NCBI GenBank assembly: GCA_041664905.1
Contig: JBAYJX010000004.1
Location: 1-53,411 of the forward strand
Direction: 5' to 3'
Origin: an archaeon
Lineage (GTDB): Archaea > Iainarchaeota > Iainarchaeia > Iainarchaeales > JAAZKV01
Length of the DNA stretch: 53,411 nucleotides
Shown: positions 52,035 to 53,411 of the stretch, in pieces
Layout of the letters: the number at the start of each line of letters is the position of its first letter
Position numbering within the stretch: the first letter of the stretch is position 1
Translations under genes and position numbers: made by a program
The notes under the pieces: model-generated
Seen by the model: only the letters and a program-made list of their open reading frames with translations
What the model was told of the DNA's origin: nothing
Database searches by the model: none

Positions 52035-52637
52035 ATGAAAGCAATTAAAATTCTGATTTTAGTAATATTAATGGTCTTTTTTTTATTTGGGTGTACAACA
52101 CAGCCAAAAACTGAAGCAGCTTTGGGAGCTTCAGCAACAGCAAAAACAATTGTTCCTGATTTAGACGGATACAATGCAGATAAAGAAATTCTTGGAAATC
52201 AAGGAGCTTTTGCTGCAGGAAAATTGTCGGCAGGGATAGCTGCAGTTGGTGGGGTTACTGTTCCTATGGCTGCCGCGATAGATAATCGCGTTCAAGTTTT
52301 TATTAAGTGTGCAAATGATGTTGGGGCCGGAAGTATAACTGGGTACACTAGCAAATCTAATGGAGCTGATTTTGCAGTATTAGCTATTGGTGAAGATGAC
52401 GCAAGCAAAATCTTTAAGTGCATAGTTAAAACTGGAACTCAATTATTTTCAATTGCTGGTCCAACAACATATGGTGTTTACGGTGCAGCATATAGCGTAA
52501 AAAATACTGACACTGGAAGAAGTTTTTATTTGACTTTTGTTGCTTCTAATGATAAAACAGCAAGTGCTCTTTGTGGTAAAATACCAAACTGTGACAATAG
52601 CAAGTTATTTACTGTTGCGGTGTACACTGCTGAATAA
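52035..52637 (+). CDS. Lipoprotein-like hypothetical protein
   Basis: Signal peptide MKAIKILILVILMVFFLFGC-TTQP, the same lipobox context as the 32438 gene. The mature part is Ala/Gly-rich. Confidence 0.6.
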   Translation: MKAIKILILVILMVFFLFGCTTQPKTEAALGASATAKTIVPDLDGYNADKEILGNQGAFAAGKLSAGIAAVGGVTVPMAAAIDNRVQVFIKCANDVGAGSITGYTSKSNGADFAVLAIGEDDASKIFKCIVKTGTQLFSIAGPTTYGVYGAAYSVKNTDTGRSFYLTFVASNDKTASALCGKIPNCDNSKLFTVAVYTAE

Positions 52638-52772
52638 TTTTTTATCCCAAGTTCAGCAAATGCTATCACTAAAAAATGTTTCTAAAACACACATTCTAAC
52701 TTTTAGTTCATTAATTTGAAATATACTCAAAAAGTGCCTGTTTTCCACGCTTGTTCTTGGGGTAGTTATTTT

Positions 52773-52801
52773 CCTCAGCCCATAATTAATATGGGCTGAG
52801 G
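52773..52801. terminator. Perfect 11-bp hairpin (CCTCAGCCCAT-AATTAAT-ATGGGCTGAGG) between convergent genes
   Basis: Inverted repeat read directly. It is GC-rich relative to its surroundings and lies between the 52637 (+) and 52837 (-) gene ends. Confidence 0.45.
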
Positions 52802-52836
52802 GTCATTTCATAAAAGTTTTTTTAGTTCTTACCCGC

Positions 52837-53411
52837 CTAATGTGGTGGAGGCAAATATCCTTCGAGCATTTTCTCAGCAACCTCTTCATCATTAGTTTCG
52901 ATTTCTCCATGTGGTGAAAAGTGGTGCGATTTATCCATGCCCATCCATATTTTTCCCCGAGACACTGTGTAAGTGATCCCAAGCTTTGTTATCTTCCATG
53001 CAACTTTATCTTTTTTTGCCCAATGCGCGTGCAGAGCTGGCTTTCCCAGAATCAAGTTCTCTTGAAAGCGCAAAAGAGCTTTGTTTTTGACAGCATTGCC
53101 CAGTGCAATAGCAGTAGCTTTGACTGACTGAATCGCCACTTTTCCAAATCCAACATAGTTTATTGCCATGTCACGTGGAAACCGTACAATCAAGTTTTTA
53201 GTAGTCTTTTCTACTTTGAAGTACAAGGAATCATATTCTACAGTTTCTTCCGAAACCTTGCTTCTCCAATACTCTTTATTATGTTTTAGGTTGCATCCAT
53301 TATCTTGTGTAATTGGGCACACTACAGAAATGTGGTGGCAATTCAAGGTCACAAATTTTCCGGGCAGCCGTTCTTTAAACTCATGAATTTTGTCTTTTAG
53401 TTGTTGAGCAA
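52837..53411 (-). CDS. Hypothetical protein, N-terminally truncated by the window edge
   Basis: The minus-strand frame stays open upstream of the track start (GTG 53352) to the window end (...AQQLKDKIHEFKERLPGKFVTLNCHH...). No family recognised. Confidence 0.5.
   Translation of the reverse strand, partial: AQQLKDKIHEFKERLPGKFVTLNCHHISVVCPITQDNGCNLKHNKEYWRSKVSEETVEYDSLYFKVEKTTKNLIVRFPRDMAINYVGFGKVAIQSVKATAIALGNAVKNKALLRFQENLILGKPALHAHWAKKDKVAWKITKLGITYTVSRGKIWMGMDKSHHFSPHGEIETNDEEVAEKMLEGYLPPPH

Larger units (their letters stand above)
46562..53411 (+). mobile_element. Putative integrated element at the tRNA-Thr 3' end. The right boundary was not seen and probably lies beyond the window.
   Basis: A tyrosine integrase gene lies 161 nt downstream of the tRNA in the same orientation. 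The cargo is entirely hypothetical membrane/secreted proteins plus a small wHTH regulator. No copy of the tRNA 3' end was found before the window end. Confidence 0.55.

Noticed and set aside
1-53411. Search for CRISPR arrays, rRNA genes, reverse transcriptase/DGR template-variable repeat pairs, and recognisable defence genes (Cas, restriction enzymes, Argonaute, CBASS/retron components)
   Set aside because: None was seen. Non-coding spacers are all 315 nt or shorter and contain only short hairpins or direct repeats. The only methyltransferase-type genes are a small orphan SAM methyltransferase and ArsM, with no nuclease partner. By-eye reading cannot exclude diverged long-range repeats.

Overview
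This is an AT-rich archaeal chromosome segment that looks like a reduced-genome, DPANN-like archaeon. Support for that call: archaeal/eukaryal-type ribosomal proteins (eL32, eL19, eL34, eL14, eL18, L7Ae, eS28, eL24, eS6, eS24, eS31), RNA polymerase subunits D, N and E', Spt4, aIF5B, aIF2-gamma, Kae1, intron-containing tRNAs and GGTG-type Shine-Dalgarno motifs.

Positions 1 to ~28.5 kb are an almost unbroken plus-strand housekeeping block:
- an spc-like r-protein cluster, secY and a DUF106 insertase
- eL34-eL14, uS13-uS4-uS11-rpoD, tRNA-Leu, eL18-uL13-uS9-rpoN-uS2
- a TrmB regulator, GluRS, L7Ae-eS28-eL24-ndk-aIF5B
- eS6, aIF2-gamma, PIN, Rpo7, Spt4, eS24, eS31, Kae1 and an RpiA-like gene

From ~28.5 kb the content becomes accessory and is organised around three tRNA genes.
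1. A tRNA(CAU) is followed by three very small gene cassettes: an unknown protein, a SAM methyltransferase and a RelE-type toxin-antitoxin pair. Each cassette is bounded by a decaying direct copy of the tRNA 3' end. This is the most unusual structure I can see.
2. An intron-containing tRNA-Glu has a partial 5' duplication. A single secreted amidohydrolase gene next to it is bracketed by a 13-nt repeat of the tRNA 3' end.
3. An intron-containing tRNA-Thr is followed by a tyrosine integrase and at least 6.8 kb of cargo that runs off the window. The cargo is membrane proteins, Cys-rich secreted proteins and a wHTH regulator.

Between these loci lies a large cell-surface module: a 729-aa Q/N/P-rich secreted protein, plus a 1494-aa protein and a 372-aa C-terminally anchored protein whose layout recalls SlaA/SlaB.

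I saw no rRNA, CRISPR array, reverse transcriptase or recognisable defence gene apart from the toxin-antitoxin pair. All calls come from reading the translations and the DNA by eye. Start codons are approximate and family assignments rest on remembered motifs, not on searches.
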